From: Candidatus Latescibacterota bacterium
Lineage (GTDB): Bacteria; Latescibacterota; UBA2968; UBA8231
DNA length: 64,000 bases
Assembly: GCA_965200315.1 (NCBI GenBank)
Contig: OZ241362.1
Location: 1,024,001 to 1,088,000 of the forward strand
Direction of reading: 5' to 3'
Under the pieces are notes generated by a model. The model was not told the origin of the DNA. It did no database searches and worked only from the letters and a program-made list of their open reading frames with translations. A program made the position numbers and the translations under genes. How positions within the stretch are numbered: position 1 is the first letter of the stretch; every line of letters starts with the position of its first letter. This document shows positions 49,493 to 59,745 of the stretch, piece after piece.

Positions 49493-51729
49493 TGCTGTAC
49501 TCGACCCTCTCCCTAGCCATCGTCGTATCCCTAACCGCCTGTACAGCTCCCGAACAAGCTCGGCCGTCCGCTGCGGGGACCCAGCGAATGGCCGAGCGTC
49601 TGCGACAAATTGCCCTCAACCGCAATCCGATTTCCAACATCTATCTGAACGACTTGCGAGTGGAGCACTTCAGCCGCTTACAGGAACGTTTATATCCCTT
49701 GGCCCGCCTGCGCACCCGGATTGTATTGGTCCGAGAGCGTCTGCGGGCCGGCCAGCCTCAGGCTTCTATTGACGAATTACACGCATTGCAGCCTGAAATC
49801 GAACAGCACCGAATCCGCACACAGCCGAGCCTAGACATGCTCTTGGGTATGGCCTATATGCGCTTGGGCGAGCAGGTCAATTGTCTAAAGGGTCATGCGA
49901 CCGCCGCGTGTCTATTCCCCATCGGCACCGACGGCGTTCACGCCGACCAGCGGGGATCGCGGATGGCCTTGTCCTACTTCACAGCCGTGCTGGAACAAAA
50001 TCCCGACGATTTGACCGCTCGCTGGCTCCTCAATATCGCTTATATGACCATCGGGAAGTACCCCGACCAAGTTCCGTCCCAGTGGCTTCTCGCGCCGTCG
50101 CTTTTTGCCTCCGAACACGACATCGGCCACTTTCCCGACATCGCTCCCTTCCTGAGGCTCGACTTGGTATCCCTAGCCGGCGGCAGCATCATGGACGACT
50201 TTGACAACGACGGCCTACTCGACCTAGTAATCTCGTCTTGGGCCCTAGAGGACCAACTCCGCTATTTTCGCAACCAAGGCGATGGCACCTTCAGCGAGCG
50301 CACCCAAGCAGTCGGTCTCGCCGGCCTCACCGGTGGTCTGCAACTGGTCCACGCCGACTTCGACAACGATAGCTGGCTCGATTTTCTGGTCCTGCGAGGG
50401 GCTTGGATGGGAGCTGACGGCCAGCACCCCAATTCGCTGGTGCGCAACCAAGGCGGCACCTTTGCCGACGTGACAGAAGCGACTCGCTTACTCAGTTTCC
50501 ATCCCACCCAGACCGCAGCTTGGGCCGACATGGACAACGATGGCTGGCTCGATCTCTTCATCGGCAACGAGACCTTTCTCGACGACGGCGATATCCACCC
50601 CAGCGAACTCTTCCACAACCAAGGCGACGGCACCTTCGCCGAAAAGGCCGCCTCGCTCGGGTTGGCCACTCAAGGCTTTGTCAAAGGCGCGACTTGGGGA
50701 GACTTTGACAACGATGGACAGGTCGATTTATACATCTCGCGTCTGATGGGCGACAATTTCCTCTTCCGCAACCGAGGGGCCGAAGCGGCTGAAGAGCCGC
50801 GCTTGGTCGATGTAGCTAGCCAAGCTGGGGTCGAGCAGCCGCACAACAGTTTCCCCACTTGGTTTTGGGACTTCGACAACGATGGCTGGCTCGATTTATT
50901 CGCTTCGGGTTATCACTACAATCCCGAAATCAACGCCGGGGATGTAGCAGCCGACTATCTGGGCCTGCCCACCAACGCCGAACGGGCCCGGCTTTTTCGC
51001 AATCGCGGCAACGGCACCTTTGCCGATGTCAGCGAGGGCCTCCACCTCCACAAAGTGCTCTATACGATGGGGTGCAATTACGTCGATCTAGACAACGACG
51101 GCTGGCTCGATTTTTATGCCGGCACGGGCGCGCCTTCTCTGAGCTCGGTGATGCCCAACCGCATGTTTCGCAACGCCGGAGGCCGGGTTTTTCAGGACGT
51201 CACCGCCGCGGGCGGCTTCGGCCATTTGCAGAAAGGGCACGGCGTGGCGGTCGGCGATTTGGACAACGATGGCGACCAAGATATCTACGCGGTCATAGGC
51301 GGATCCTATACGGGGGATAGCTTCCAGAATGTCCTCTTTGAAAATCCCGGCCACGGGAACCGCTGGATCGCCTTGCTGCTGGAGGGCACTCGAGCCAACC
51401 GCAGTGCCATTGGAGCTCGCGTCGCGGTCCAAGTGGAAACGGCCGCGGGCACTCGGTCAATCCACCGGACGGTGAGCAGCGGTGCCAGCTTCGGAGCTTC
51501 GAGCCTGCAACAGGAAATCGGTCTGGGACAGGCCAGCGCCATCCGGGAAATTGCGGTAATCTGGCCGGGCGAGGACGCGGCTCAGCGCTTTGCGGATGTT
51601 CCGCTGGACCAAGCTTATCGGGTGCGGCAAGGCGAAGCGGCCTTAATTCCACTCGTGCGGCAGTCCGTGTCTCTGGCACCCGAGCGGAATGGCGCGGCCC
51701 AAGGCCACCACAGCCTTGATCACAATTGA
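49489..51729 (+). CDS. CRTAC1-family lipoprotein (FG-GAP/VCBS repeats + ASPIC/UnbV)
   Basis: LTAC lipobox; about 7 DFDNDG.LD repeats; NRSAIGARV..GLG C-terminus; ATGA overlap with addA. Confidence 0.9.
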   Translation: MMLYSTLSLAIVVSLTACTAPEQARPSAAGTQRMAERLRQIALNRNPISNIYLNDLRVEHFSRLQERLYPLARLRTRIVLVRERLRAGQPQASIDELHALQPEIEQHRIRTQPSLDMLLGMAYMRLGEQVNCLKGHATAACLFPIGTDGVHADQRGSRMALSYFTAVLEQNPDDLTARWLLNIAYMTIGKYPDQVPSQWLLAPSLFASEHDIGHFPDIAPFLRLDLVSLAGGSIMDDFDNDGLLDLVISSWALEDQLRYFRNQGDGTFSERTQAVGLAGLTGGLQLVHADFDNDSWLDFLVLRGAWMGADGQHPNSLVRNQGGTFADVTEATRLLSFHPTQTAAWADMDNDGWLDLFIGNETFLDDGDIHPSELFHNQGDGTFAEKAASLGLATQGFVKGATWGDFDNDGQVDLYISRLMGDNFLFRNRGAEAAEEPRLVDVASQAGVEQPHNSFPTWFWDFDNDGWLDLFASGYHYNPEINAGDVAADYLGLPTNAERARLFRNRGNGTFADVSEGLHLHKVLYTMGCNYVDLDNDGWLDFYAGTGAPSLSSVMPNRMFRNAGGRVFQDVTAAGGFGHLQKGHGVAVGDLDNDGDQDIYAVIGGSYTGDSFQNVLFENPGHGNRWIALLLEGTRANRSAIGARVAVQVETAAGTRSIHRTVSSGASFGASSLQQEIGLGQASAIREIAVIWPGEDAAQRFADVPLDQAYRVRQGEAALIPLVRQSVSLAPERNGAAQGHHSLDHN

Positions 51730-51760
51730 CGAGCCTGCTAAGTGAGTATGAAGCGACAAT

Positions 51761-51994
51761 TCAGTTATTCGCCCCTCCCATCCCTCCCTGCATCGCCGCG
51801 GCGCGGACCAAAACCGCCAGCACTTCTTCGCGCAGGGCCTCTGGCAAGGCCGCGAAGTCGATCGGTATAGCTCTGTGCGGCAACTCGGTTCGACTCTTGT
51901 TCCACCCATCTTCTGCGCGGCACCACCGGATTACCAAACCATTGCCCAAGCGGACGAAATACGCCCCGTCATCTGTGTAAAGTGTCGCTTGCAT
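51761..51994 (-). CDS. Small hypothetical protein (77 aa)
   Basis: GGGGG RBS before ATG; plausible composition; fills the intergenic gap. Confidence 0.5.
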   Translation of the reverse strand: MQATLYTDDGAYFVRLGNGLVIRWCRAEDGWNKSRTELPHRAIPIDFAALPEALREEVLAVLVRAAAMQGGMGGANN

Positions 51995-52078
51995 AGAATC
52001 CCCCCGCTAAATTGCGTCGTTTGCTTTCCCTACTCGACTGCGTACTTTTTTAAGCATTCCCAACTCAGCAGACAAATC

Positions 52079-52143
52079 AGTGGTTAGTGGCCAGTCCCTC
52101 CGGGCGAGCACTAACCACTAATCACTAACCACTAATCACTAAT
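52079..52143. repeat. Heptamer tandem repeat (CACTAAY)x5 with an inverted partial copy
   Basis: 52109-52143 CACTAAC CACTAAT CACTAAC CACTAAT CACTAAT; 52079-52090 AGTGGTTAGTGG is its reverse complement. Confidence 0.85.
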
Positions 52144-52144
52144 C

Positions 52145-53821
52145 ATGCAGTTTTCAGTCCTTCAGGCCCCACCCGCCTTTAACGCACACCTACGCCGCGC
52201 CGAGCGCATCTATCCCCGCATCCTCGCACGCGATCACACGATCTGGCGACCGGACCCAACCGAGATTGCCAATCGGCTCGGATGGCTCGATAGCCCGCGC
52301 GTTATGCGGGACGCCATCGGCCCCATCCACCAATTCATCGACGCCGTCCGCGCCGCTGGCTACACCCATGCCCTGCTGCTGGGCATGGGCGGCTCTAGCC
52401 TCACGCCAGAAGTTTTCCGCGAAGTCTTTGGCGTGGCCGATGGATTTCTCGATCTCTCAGTCCTCGACAGCACCCAGCCCGACGCCGTCTTGGCCAAGGC
52501 GCACGCTCTCGACCCCGCCCGCACCCTATTTCTCCCGGCCACCAAGTCCGGCGGCACCGTAGAGACGCTGTCCTTGCTCAAGTACTTCTACAATCGCACA
52601 GCGGATGCCCTCGGGCCAGAAGAGGCCGGACAGCACTTCGCCGCCATCACCGACCCAAGCAGCGGCCTCGAAGCCCTCGCGCAAAGCCTCGGCTTCCGCC
52701 ACATCTTCCGCAACGACCCCAACATCGGCGGGCGCTACTCAGCCCTGTCTTACTATGGCTTGGTTGCGGCTGGTGCCATTGGTGTCGATCTCGGCCGCCT
52801 GCTCAACCGGGCCGAGCAAGCCCTCGACGATCCGCAACCGGGCATTCAACTCGGATCCTTTCTCGGCGCGGGGGCCCTCGCCGGTCGCGACAAGCTAACC
52901 CTCATCGCTTCGCCAGCCATCAGCGCAGTTGGTGCTTGGGTCGAACAACTCATCGCCGAGAGCACCGGCAAAGACGGCACGGGCCTGCTGCCAGTCAATC
53001 TAGAGCCTGAATGTTCAGCCCACACCTACGGACCCGACCGGCTCTTCGTCCATCTGCGCTTGGACGATGCAGCCGATGCCCGCGCCCAAGCCATTGCCGC
53101 AGCCGGGCACCCAGTCTTGTGCCTCCAGCTAGCAGACGCTTACGATCTCGGCGCGGCCTTCTTGCACTGGGAAATTGCCACGTCCATCGCCGGATTCTTT
53201 CTCGACATCCATCCCTTCGATCAGCCCGATGTCGAGGCGGCCAAGGAACTGGCCCGCCAGATGGTGGCCGCCTACCAGCAGCGCGGCGCGCTACCCGCCC
53301 CCGCGCCCGACCTCGTCGATGGCCTCGCGCTATACGGACCAGTGCAGGGCACCACCCTATCACAGGCCCTAGCGCACTTTCTGGCAAGCGGCGAGCCGGG
53401 ACGCGCCTACATTGCCCTGCAGGCATATCTCCCGCCGGCCCCGGCAACCACCGCCGCCCTCCAAGACCTGCGCCGCCAGCTACTAGCGCGCACCGGCCTA
53501 GCCACGACCCTCGGCTTTGGCCCGCGCTTCCTGCACTCAACCGGCCAACTACACAAGGGCGACGCCGGACGCGGACTTTTCATTCAGCTAACAGCCGATG
53601 CAGTAGAAGACGCGCCGATTCCCGACCAAGCCGGGGCGGCGGATTCTAGCATCACCTTCGGCGTCCTCGCTCAAGCCCAAGCCCTCGGAGACCGCCAAGC
53701 CCTCGTCGATCGAGGGCGGGCCGTACTTGGCATCCATCTAGGCGCGGACATCGCCGCGGGCCTTGCCCAGTTGCGCCGCGTTTTAGACCCGAACAACGAC
53801 CCCACAGGAGGAGTCCAATGA
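52145..53821 (+). CDS. pgi: Glucose-6-phosphate isomerase (PGI domain as in Tal-Pgi fusions)
   Basis: NRLGWL, LLGMGGSSL, TKSGGTVET, GGRYSALS, EQLIAESTGK, PFDQPDVEAAK, GPRFLHSTGQLHKG. Confidence 0.88.
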   Translation: MQFSVLQAPPAFNAHLRRAERIYPRILARDHTIWRPDPTEIANRLGWLDSPRVMRDAIGPIHQFIDAVRAAGYTHALLLGMGGSSLTPEVFREVFGVADGFLDLSVLDSTQPDAVLAKAHALDPARTLFLPATKSGGTVETLSLLKYFYNRTADALGPEEAGQHFAAITDPSSGLEALAQSLGFRHIFRNDPNIGGRYSALSYYGLVAAGAIGVDLGRLLNRAEQALDDPQPGIQLGSFLGAGALAGRDKLTLIASPAISAVGAWVEQLIAESTGKDGTGLLPVNLEPECSAHTYGPDRLFVHLRLDDAADARAQAIAAAGHPVLCLQLADAYDLGAAFLHWEIATSIAGFFLDIHPFDQPDVEAAKELARQMVAAYQQRGALPAPAPDLVDGLALYGPVQGTTLSQALAHFLASGEPGRAYIALQAYLPPAPATTAALQDLRRQLLARTGLATTLGFGPRFLHSTGQLHKGDAGRGLFIQLTADAVEDAPIPDQAGAADSSITFGVLAQAQALGDRQALVDRGRAVLGIHLGADIAAGLAQLRRVLDPNNDPTGGVQ

Positions 53822-55272
53822 GCCGAGCAGACATCGGCCTAATCGGCCTAGCCGTAATGGGCGAAAACCTCGTCCTCAACATGGCTAGCCACGGTTTCAC
53901 TGTTGCCGTTTACAACCGCACAACCACCAAGGTCGATGCCTTTATGGCCAGTCGCGGCCGCGGCCAATCCATCATCGGCACCCACTCGCCAGCCGAACTG
54001 CTCGCCCAGCTCAAAAAGCCGCGCCGCGTGATGCTAATGGTGCAAGCCGGTCAAGCCGTGGACCGCGTCATAGCCGAGCTCGTGCCCTTGCTCGACCGCG
54101 GCGACATCCTCATCGATGGCGGCAACTCCAACTACCAAGACACGACTCGCCGCACCCAAGAGCTAGCGGCCAAAGGCTTGCTTTACGTGGGCACCGGCGT
54201 CTCCGGCGGAGAGGAGGGCGCGCTCAAAGGCCCGAGCATCATGCCCGGTGGCAACCCCGCCGCTTGGCCCCACATCAAAGACCTCTTTCAAGCCATTGCC
54301 GCCAAAGTAGAAGACAACAGCCCTTGTTGCGATTGGGTCGGCCGCGACGGCGCTGGACATTACGTGAAAATGGTCCACAACGGCATCGAGTACGGCGACA
54401 TGCAGATGATCGCCGAGGCTTATGCCCTGATGCGCGAGGGGCTCGGCATTGAGCCGCAGGAACAGAGCGAAATTTTCCAGCAGTGGAACGAGGGCGAACT
54501 CGACAGCTATCTCATCGAAATCACCAGCCACATCCTCGCCAAGCTCGACGACGAAACCGGCCATCCGATGGTCGATGTAATACTCGACGCAGCCGGCCAA
54601 AAGGGCACCGGCAAGTGGACCGGCATCGACGCCCTGCAATTGGGTGCTCCAGTAACTGCCATCACCGAGGCGGTCTTCAGCCGCGCCCTATCCTTCCTCA
54701 AAGACGAGCGCGTAGCTGCGGCCGGCATCCTCCAGGGCCCGGATGCTTCGTTTACTGGAGACAAAGAAACTTTTGTCGCAGATATCCGCCGAGCCCTGTA
54801 CGCGGCCAAAATTTGTTCCTACGCCCAAGGCTATCAGTTGCTCGCCCTCGCCGCCCGCGAGTATGGCTGGGAACTCAACTACGGAGGCATCGCTTTGCTG
54901 TGGCGCGGCGGGTGCATTATTCGCGCCCAGTTTTTGGGCCGCATCAAGGAAGCCTTTGACGCGGACCCAACGCTGGCCAATTTGCTGCTCGCTCCTTACT
55001 TCAGCTCAGCACTCGCACAAACTCAAGCGTCGTGGCGCAGCGTCGTGGCCACGGCTGCGACCCTCGGCATCCCCGTGCCGACCTTGGCCAGCGCCCTCGC
55101 TTACTACGATGGGTACCGCTCTGCCCGCCTGCCCGCCAACCTACTCCAAGCCCAGCGCGACTACTTTGGTGCCCACACCTATGAGCGCACCGACAAGCCG
55201 CGCGGCACGTTCTTTCACACCAATTGGACCGGGCGCGGGGGAACGACGGCATCGACGGCTTACAACGCCTAG
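53818..55272 (+). CDS. gnd: 6-phosphogluconate dehydrogenase, NADP-dependent, decarboxylating
   Basis: GLAVMGENL, IDGGNS, VSGGEEGA, VKMVHNGIEYGDMQ, QKGTGKW, WRGGCII, QAQRDYFGAHTY. Confidence 0.97.
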   Translation: MSRADIGLIGLAVMGENLVLNMASHGFTVAVYNRTTTKVDAFMASRGRGQSIIGTHSPAELLAQLKKPRRVMLMVQAGQAVDRVIAELVPLLDRGDILIDGGNSNYQDTTRRTQELAAKGLLYVGTGVSGGEEGALKGPSIMPGGNPAAWPHIKDLFQAIAAKVEDNSPCCDWVGRDGAGHYVKMVHNGIEYGDMQMIAEAYALMREGLGIEPQEQSEIFQQWNEGELDSYLIEITSHILAKLDDETGHPMVDVILDAAGQKGTGKWTGIDALQLGAPVTAITEAVFSRALSFLKDERVAAAGILQGPDASFTGDKETFVADIRRALYAAKICSYAQGYQLLALAAREYGWELNYGGIALLWRGGCIIRAQFLGRIKEAFDADPTLANLLLAPYFSSALAQTQASWRSVVATAATLGIPVPTLASALAYYDGYRSARLPANLLQAQRDYFGAHTYERTDKPRGTFFHTNWTGRGGTTASTAYNA

Positions 55273-55558
55273 CGCAAAAATGTGCGGTAAAAGCTGTAAT
55301 GACATGCGCAATTTGTCGCATACAGCAGCTAGCAATCTATTCATAAAACAACCTCTGTTATCGTCCTTTGTTTGGACCGACAATAGGGCCTCGTCTCTAA
55401 TAAGCCGGTAGAGGATGGGCATACTTGCTGCACCTTCTTTTGCTATTTTTGGGTTGGCGCACAATACCATTCTAGGGTGCATTTGCTAAATACTATAATT
55501 TTTTTAAATTTGGAAATGTCGTACATACACTTACTTACTTGAGATGAAAGGATTTTTT

Positions 55559-56050
55559 ATGCCGACCCTCGCAACTCTACTAAAGGAAGAGATCAGCAAG
55601 ATCGCCCACAAAATCGTCCGCAAAGAATTGCAAGATCAAGTGCGCGAACTCAAGCAAACAGTGCGCGAACAGCACGATGCAATCGCTCGCTTAGAAAAGC
55701 AACTCGGCTCAACAAAGGCCAAAGCCCCTGCCAAAGCCCCTGCCAAAGCCCCCGCCAAAACAGCTACCAAAACAGCCGCCAAGACAACCACCAAAACAGC
55801 CGCCAAAACCAGCAAAGCATCCGCAGGCGACAAGAGAAAACAACCCCGCATCTCACCAAATACAATCAAGAAGCATCGCAAGCGCCTCAAGCTCTCCCAA
55901 GCCGATCTCGGCAAGCTACTCAATGTTAGCACCAACACCGTTCTGCGCTGGGAAGCGGGCACCTCTAAACCGCGTAGTAAGCACCTCCCGGTACTTAGTC
56001 AACTCCGCTCCATAAGTATGCGGGAACTCAAAAAGCAACTCGGCCAATAA
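55559..56050 (+). CDS. XRE-family HTH protein with N-terminal coiled coil and histone H1-like Ala/Lys/Thr linker
   Basis: MPTLATLLKEEISKIA..; AKAP and TAAK repeats; RKRLKLSQADLGKLLNVSTNTVLRWEAG. Confidence 0.8.
   Translation: MPTLATLLKEEISKIAHKIVRKELQDQVRELKQTVREQHDAIARLEKQLGSTKAKAPAKAPAKAPAKTATKTAAKTTTKTAAKTSKASAGDKRKQPRISPNTIKKHRKRLKLSQADLGKLLNVSTNTVLRWEAGTSKPRSKHLPVLSQLRSISMRELKKQLGQ
55718..55813 (+). repeat. 12-bp coding tandem repeat, 8 degenerate units
   Basis: GCCAAAGCCCC(T/C) x3 followed by five variants of (G/A)CCAAAACAGCC. Confidence 0.8.
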
Positions 56051-56072
56051 CAGGCTTACTTACAGAACAAAC

Positions 56073-56113
56073 AAAACCCCTTAATCCGTCTGTGCGGGCT
56101 AGGGGTTTTTTTT
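56073..56113 (+). terminator. Rho-independent terminator between convergent genes
   Basis: AAAACCCCT...AGGGGTTTT stem with a T8 run. Confidence 0.7.
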
Positions 56114-56124
56114 ACGACCTATTA

Positions 56125-56946
56125 CTACTGCCAACGCGCTATATAGTCGCCCATCTGCTGCTGCAATTCCACATTGTCGCGTTTAGCGGCTCCGCGCTCG
56201 ACAATCCGTGCCTTGCGCAACAGCATAGCGCGCGCAGCCGCAGCGCGATCCGCTGCAAGTTGCAACTCCTCGCTCAGTAACTTGTCGAGTGCGTACACGC
56301 GAAAGCGGTCCATCGCGTAGTGCGCCTGCGATAGTTGATCGGCGTGGCCGCCGTATTTGCGGATGAGTTTCTCTGCCAAATAGACTACCTCATAGCGACA
56401 AGTAATCCGCAGCCAAAATTCGTAGTCCTCGCAGGCGGGTAGGCCTTCGTCAAACAAACCAACGTCCGCAAAGACCTCGCGGTGAATTGCAATTGACGAA
56501 GGAGACATAACACACAAGGGCAAAGCCCTAAAGAAAATGTCGCCGCCGTATTTCTGGTGATGTTTGTGGGGATTAACTCGCACGCCATTGCGGATCCAGA
56601 CCTCATCGGTGTGGCAGATCAACAATCCGCTCTCGCGCAGGGCCGCTGCTTGGCGTGCGAGTTTGTTGGGCAACCACTCGTCGTCCGAGTCGAGCAGGGC
56701 CATCCACTCGCCTTCGGCTACCGCGATCCCGCGATTGCGTGCGGCAGAGACCCCGCGATTTTCTGCCAAGATCACTATTTTGACCGCGTCGCCAAATTCC
56801 TCGCGCACTTGCTCGGGCGTACCGTCGTCGGAGGCGTCGTCCACCACAATCACCTCAAAGTCTGCACCCTGCTGAGCCAGTACCGAACGGATCGCCCGGC
56901 CGACCAACGCACGGCGATTGTACGCGGGAATGACAACCGAGAACAC
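56125..56946 (-). CDS. Glycosyltransferase family 2
   Basis: SVVIPAYNR, VVDDASDD, GVSAARNRG, LLDSDDEW, CEDYEFW. Confidence 0.92.
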   Translation of the reverse strand: MFSVVIPAYNRRALVGRAIRSVLAQQGADFEVIVVDDASDDGTPEQVREEFGDAVKIVILAENRGVSAARNRGIAVAEGEWMALLDSDDEWLPNKLARQAAALRESGLLICHTDEVWIRNGVRVNPHKHHQKYGGDIFFRALPLCVMSPSSIAIHREVFADVGLFDEGLPACEDYEFWLRITCRYEVVYLAEKLIRKYGGHADQLSQAHYAMDRFRVYALDKLLSEELQLAADRAAAARAMLLRKARIVERGAAKRDNVELQQQMGDYIARWQ

Positions 56947-56949
56947 GGC

Positions 56950-59076
56950 TCAGCTACCACTAGCGAGCACAGCGGCCGCGTCTAGTTTTTCGATGACCAT
57001 TTCTGCCGTAATAACCTCGGGCAACACCAGCGGTTGGTCGATAAGACCGGCGGGAAAGATCACATACAAGGGCACCCCAGAGCGCCCAAAGGCGCGCAAG
57101 AGCTGAGTGATCTCGGGATTGCGGTTGGTCCAATCGGCTTTGACTAGGGCCACATTGTGCGCGGCAAACCGCTCGCGAACCACTTGCTGCGCCAGCACTA
57201 CCCGCTCGTTGACCTTGCAAGTCCAGCACCACTCGGCTGTAAAGTCGATAAAGACCGTCTGCCCGCCCGCGACCAACTCCTCGACGTGCGCGGCGCTAAA
57301 TGGCTGCCAGTCTAGGGAGGGCGTGGCAGCCTGCTCGGATAGCGTCTGCTCGGCGGCCAACAGCGGATGGATAAAGATCACATAGCTGCCCAAAACCAGC
57401 ATCAGCGCCACCGCTCGGGCCAGCAGTTTTGCGGGATTGGCATGCAGGAAACTGCCCCATTGCCCCCAGACCCAGCAGGCCAGACCCAGACCCAGCAAAA
57501 AGGCCCCCGTCCACACCACGCCTTCGACGCCGACCTGATTGCCTAAAACCCAGAGCAACCACAGCACCGTGGCCATCAGCAAAAAGCCCATTAACTGCTT
57601 AAAGCGCACCATCCAAGGCCCGGGCTTGGGCAAGCGCCCTATCCACGCCGGCTTGATCGCCAGCATCACATACGGCAGGGCCATACCCGCGCCAATCGCC
57701 AAAAAGACCGCGATGACGACGCCGACCGGCTGGGCAAAGGCAAACCCCAGCGCGGTCCCCAAAAAGGGCGCAGTGCAGGGCGTGGCCAGAATCGTCGCGA
57801 GCACGCCGTTGAGAAAGGATCCTGTCAACCCCTCGCGTCCCTCTAACCCCCCCAAGCTACTAGTCCCCGGCAGCAGGATCTCATAGACACCGAACAAACT
57901 TAAGGCCAATGCAAAAACCAAGGCGCTCATCGCCACCACAAAACCCGGGTACTGAAATTGAAAACCCCAGCCGATCTGCTCACCGCTGCTTTTGACCAAG
58001 AGCACTGCGAGCGCCAGCGCCAAAAAAGTAGCTATAATACCAGCGCAAAACGCCCACCCTAGCTGCTGCACCCGCTTGGTCTCTTCGCCGGATTGCTTGA
58101 CAAAACCGAGCACCTTGAGCGAGATGACCGGCAACACGCAAGGCATCAAATTGAGGATCAACCCACCTAACGCCGCAAAGGCGATATAGACCCACAATGA
58201 CCGGGCGACCTCTCCGCTAGCTGCGCGGTAATCCCGCGCCAAGATTCCCTCTCCCTGGCGCGGCGCAGCGCGCAAATCCAACGCCAGCGTCCCAGCTTGC
58301 ACCTCGCCATCTAGCCCATAGACGAGCACTCCGTGCAACGCATCAACTGCGGCGGCACCGTGGGGTTCGACAGACAGCACGAGGTGATCGGCAGCTAGAC
58401 GCCGAGTGGAAAGCGCAAAATCGTCGGCTGCCAGCGGATAAAAGTCGGGCACCTGTTCGCCCTGATCCAAAGCCTTTCCCTCGTAGGCAAGGCGCACATC
58501 AACCTCCACAACCCCCTCGCCCCGCACGGCAAGTTCTACCGCAACGCGCTCGTCCAACGCGCCCGGCACTTGCGCTGCATAGCGGTCAAATTGCGCCTGC
58601 TGGGCACTCGGCTTGCCGACGGCAGCTACCGGCAGCGCCAACGTCAACGATGCTCCTCCGGGGATGCACAGCTCGCGGCACACCAGCCAAGAGACCTCGG
58701 CTGCAAGGTGCAGCGTATCCCCTGCTGCCAATTCCTGCGGCGCAGTGGCCTCGGCCATGAGCAACACTTCGTCGGCATACCCATAGACCACCAGTTCCCC
58801 TTGTTCCTCGAATTTGTTGGGCAAGGGCCATTGCAACGGCCCTGCCACAACGCCGGCAGGTAGCTGCCACTCGATTTCAATGGGTAAACCGGCGTCGCCG
58901 CTAAAAAGCCAGTAGGTGTGCCATTTCTCCTCCATCCTCAGCTCGACCCCCAGCCGAAAGGATTGACCGGGCACCACGGCATCTACATCGGCCAAAAAAT
59001 TGGCCCGCACCGGATGGTCGTCGGCATGGAGCTGCCCACAGAGTGCTAAGATGAGAAGCAGGACAAAATTGTACAT
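56950..59076 (-). CDS. dsbD: Thiol:disulfide interchange protein DsbD family
   Basis: WHTYW..GDAG, LVCRELCIP, NLMPCVLP, ATPCTAPF, DFTAEWCWTCK. Confidence 0.9.
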   Translation of the reverse strand: MYNFVLLLILALCGQLHADDHPVRANFLADVDAVVPGQSFRLGVELRMEEKWHTYWLFSGDAGLPIEIEWQLPAGVVAGPLQWPLPNKFEEQGELVVYGYADEVLLMAEATAPQELAAGDTLHLAAEVSWLVCRELCIPGGASLTLALPVAAVGKPSAQQAQFDRYAAQVPGALDERVAVELAVRGEGVVEVDVRLAYEGKALDQGEQVPDFYPLAADDFALSTRRLAADHLVLSVEPHGAAAVDALHGVLVYGLDGEVQAGTLALDLRAAPRQGEGILARDYRAASGEVARSLWVYIAFAALGGLILNLMPCVLPVISLKVLGFVKQSGEETKRVQQLGWAFCAGIIATFLALALAVLLVKSSGEQIGWGFQFQYPGFVVAMSALVFALALSLFGVYEILLPGTSSLGGLEGREGLTGSFLNGVLATILATPCTAPFLGTALGFAFAQPVGVVIAVFLAIGAGMALPYVMLAIKPAWIGRLPKPGPWMVRFKQLMGFLLMATVLWLLWVLGNQVGVEGVVWTGAFLLGLGLACWVWGQWGSFLHANPAKLLARAVALMLVLGSYVIFIHPLLAAEQTLSEQAATPSLDWQPFSAAHVEELVAGGQTVFIDFTAEWCWTCKVNERVVLAQQVVRERFAAHNVALVKADWTNRNPEITQLLRAFGRSGVPLYVIFPAGLIDQPLVLPEVITAEMVIEKLDAAAVLASGS

Positions 59077-59139
59077 GGGAGCCTCGAAAGGGAATGGGGC
59101 CGTTCGGTTGCCCCTACATAGGCGCGGGCTAAAAGGCGA

Positions 59140-59745
59140 TCACCCACGCAGCACGGCTTGGTGGATTTGCTCGATGTCGATTAAGCGGCAACCCAAGCGG
59201 CGGGCAAAATCCACTAGCTGCTGGCCCTTGGCCATAGAGCCGTCCGCGGCCATCACTTCGGACATCACCGCCGCCGGAAAAAGACCGGCCTGCCGGGCCA
59301 ACTCCACCGCGCCTTCGGTGTGCCCCTGGCGACTGAGCAACCCTTCTGGCCGGGCGGCTAAAGGCAACACGTGTCCAGGGATGACGATATCGTCGGGTCC
59401 GGTGTGCGGCTCAATGGCGCGCCGGATGGACGTAGCGCGATCTTCAGCCGATACGCCGGTTCCAATCCCCTCTAGCGAGTCAAACGGCAGGCCGAAGCGC
59501 GGAGTCGTCCAGTCGGCGTTGTGTGGCTCAATTAAGCCGACGCCGAGCCTCGTTAGATGAGCCTCAGTCGTGGCTAAGTGCAACATGCCCCGCGCCTCTT
59601 TGAGCATTTGATTGATCGCATCACCCGAAACGTATTCCGCGGCCACGATCAGATCGCCTTCGTCTTCGCGCTCCTGCGCATCGACTAAGATCAAAAACTT
59701 CCCGGCGCGAAAATCCGCGATCGCTTCATCTAGCTGACAAAACAT
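59140..59745 (-). CDS. ribB: 3,4-dihydroxy-2-butanone 4-phosphate synthase-like protein (divergent RibB)
   Basis: EREDEGDL, TGVSAEDR, PGHVLPL, RQGHTE; the usual GLIC motif reads GMLH. Confidence 0.75.
   Translation of the reverse strand: MFCQLDEAIADFRAGKFLILVDAQEREDEGDLIVAAEYVSGDAINQMLKEARGMLHLATTEAHLTRLGVGLIEPHNADWTTPRFGLPFDSLEGIGTGVSAEDRATSIRRAIEPHTGPDDIVIPGHVLPLAARPEGLLSRQGHTEGAVELARQAGLFPAAVMSEVMAADGSMAKGQQLVDFARRLGCRLIDIEQIHQAVLRG

Noticed and set aside
50190-51290. Recurrent GACTTTGACAACGAYGGC-like DNA repeats
   Set aside because: They encode FG-GAP DFDNDG motifs; irregular spacing, not a CRISPR array.
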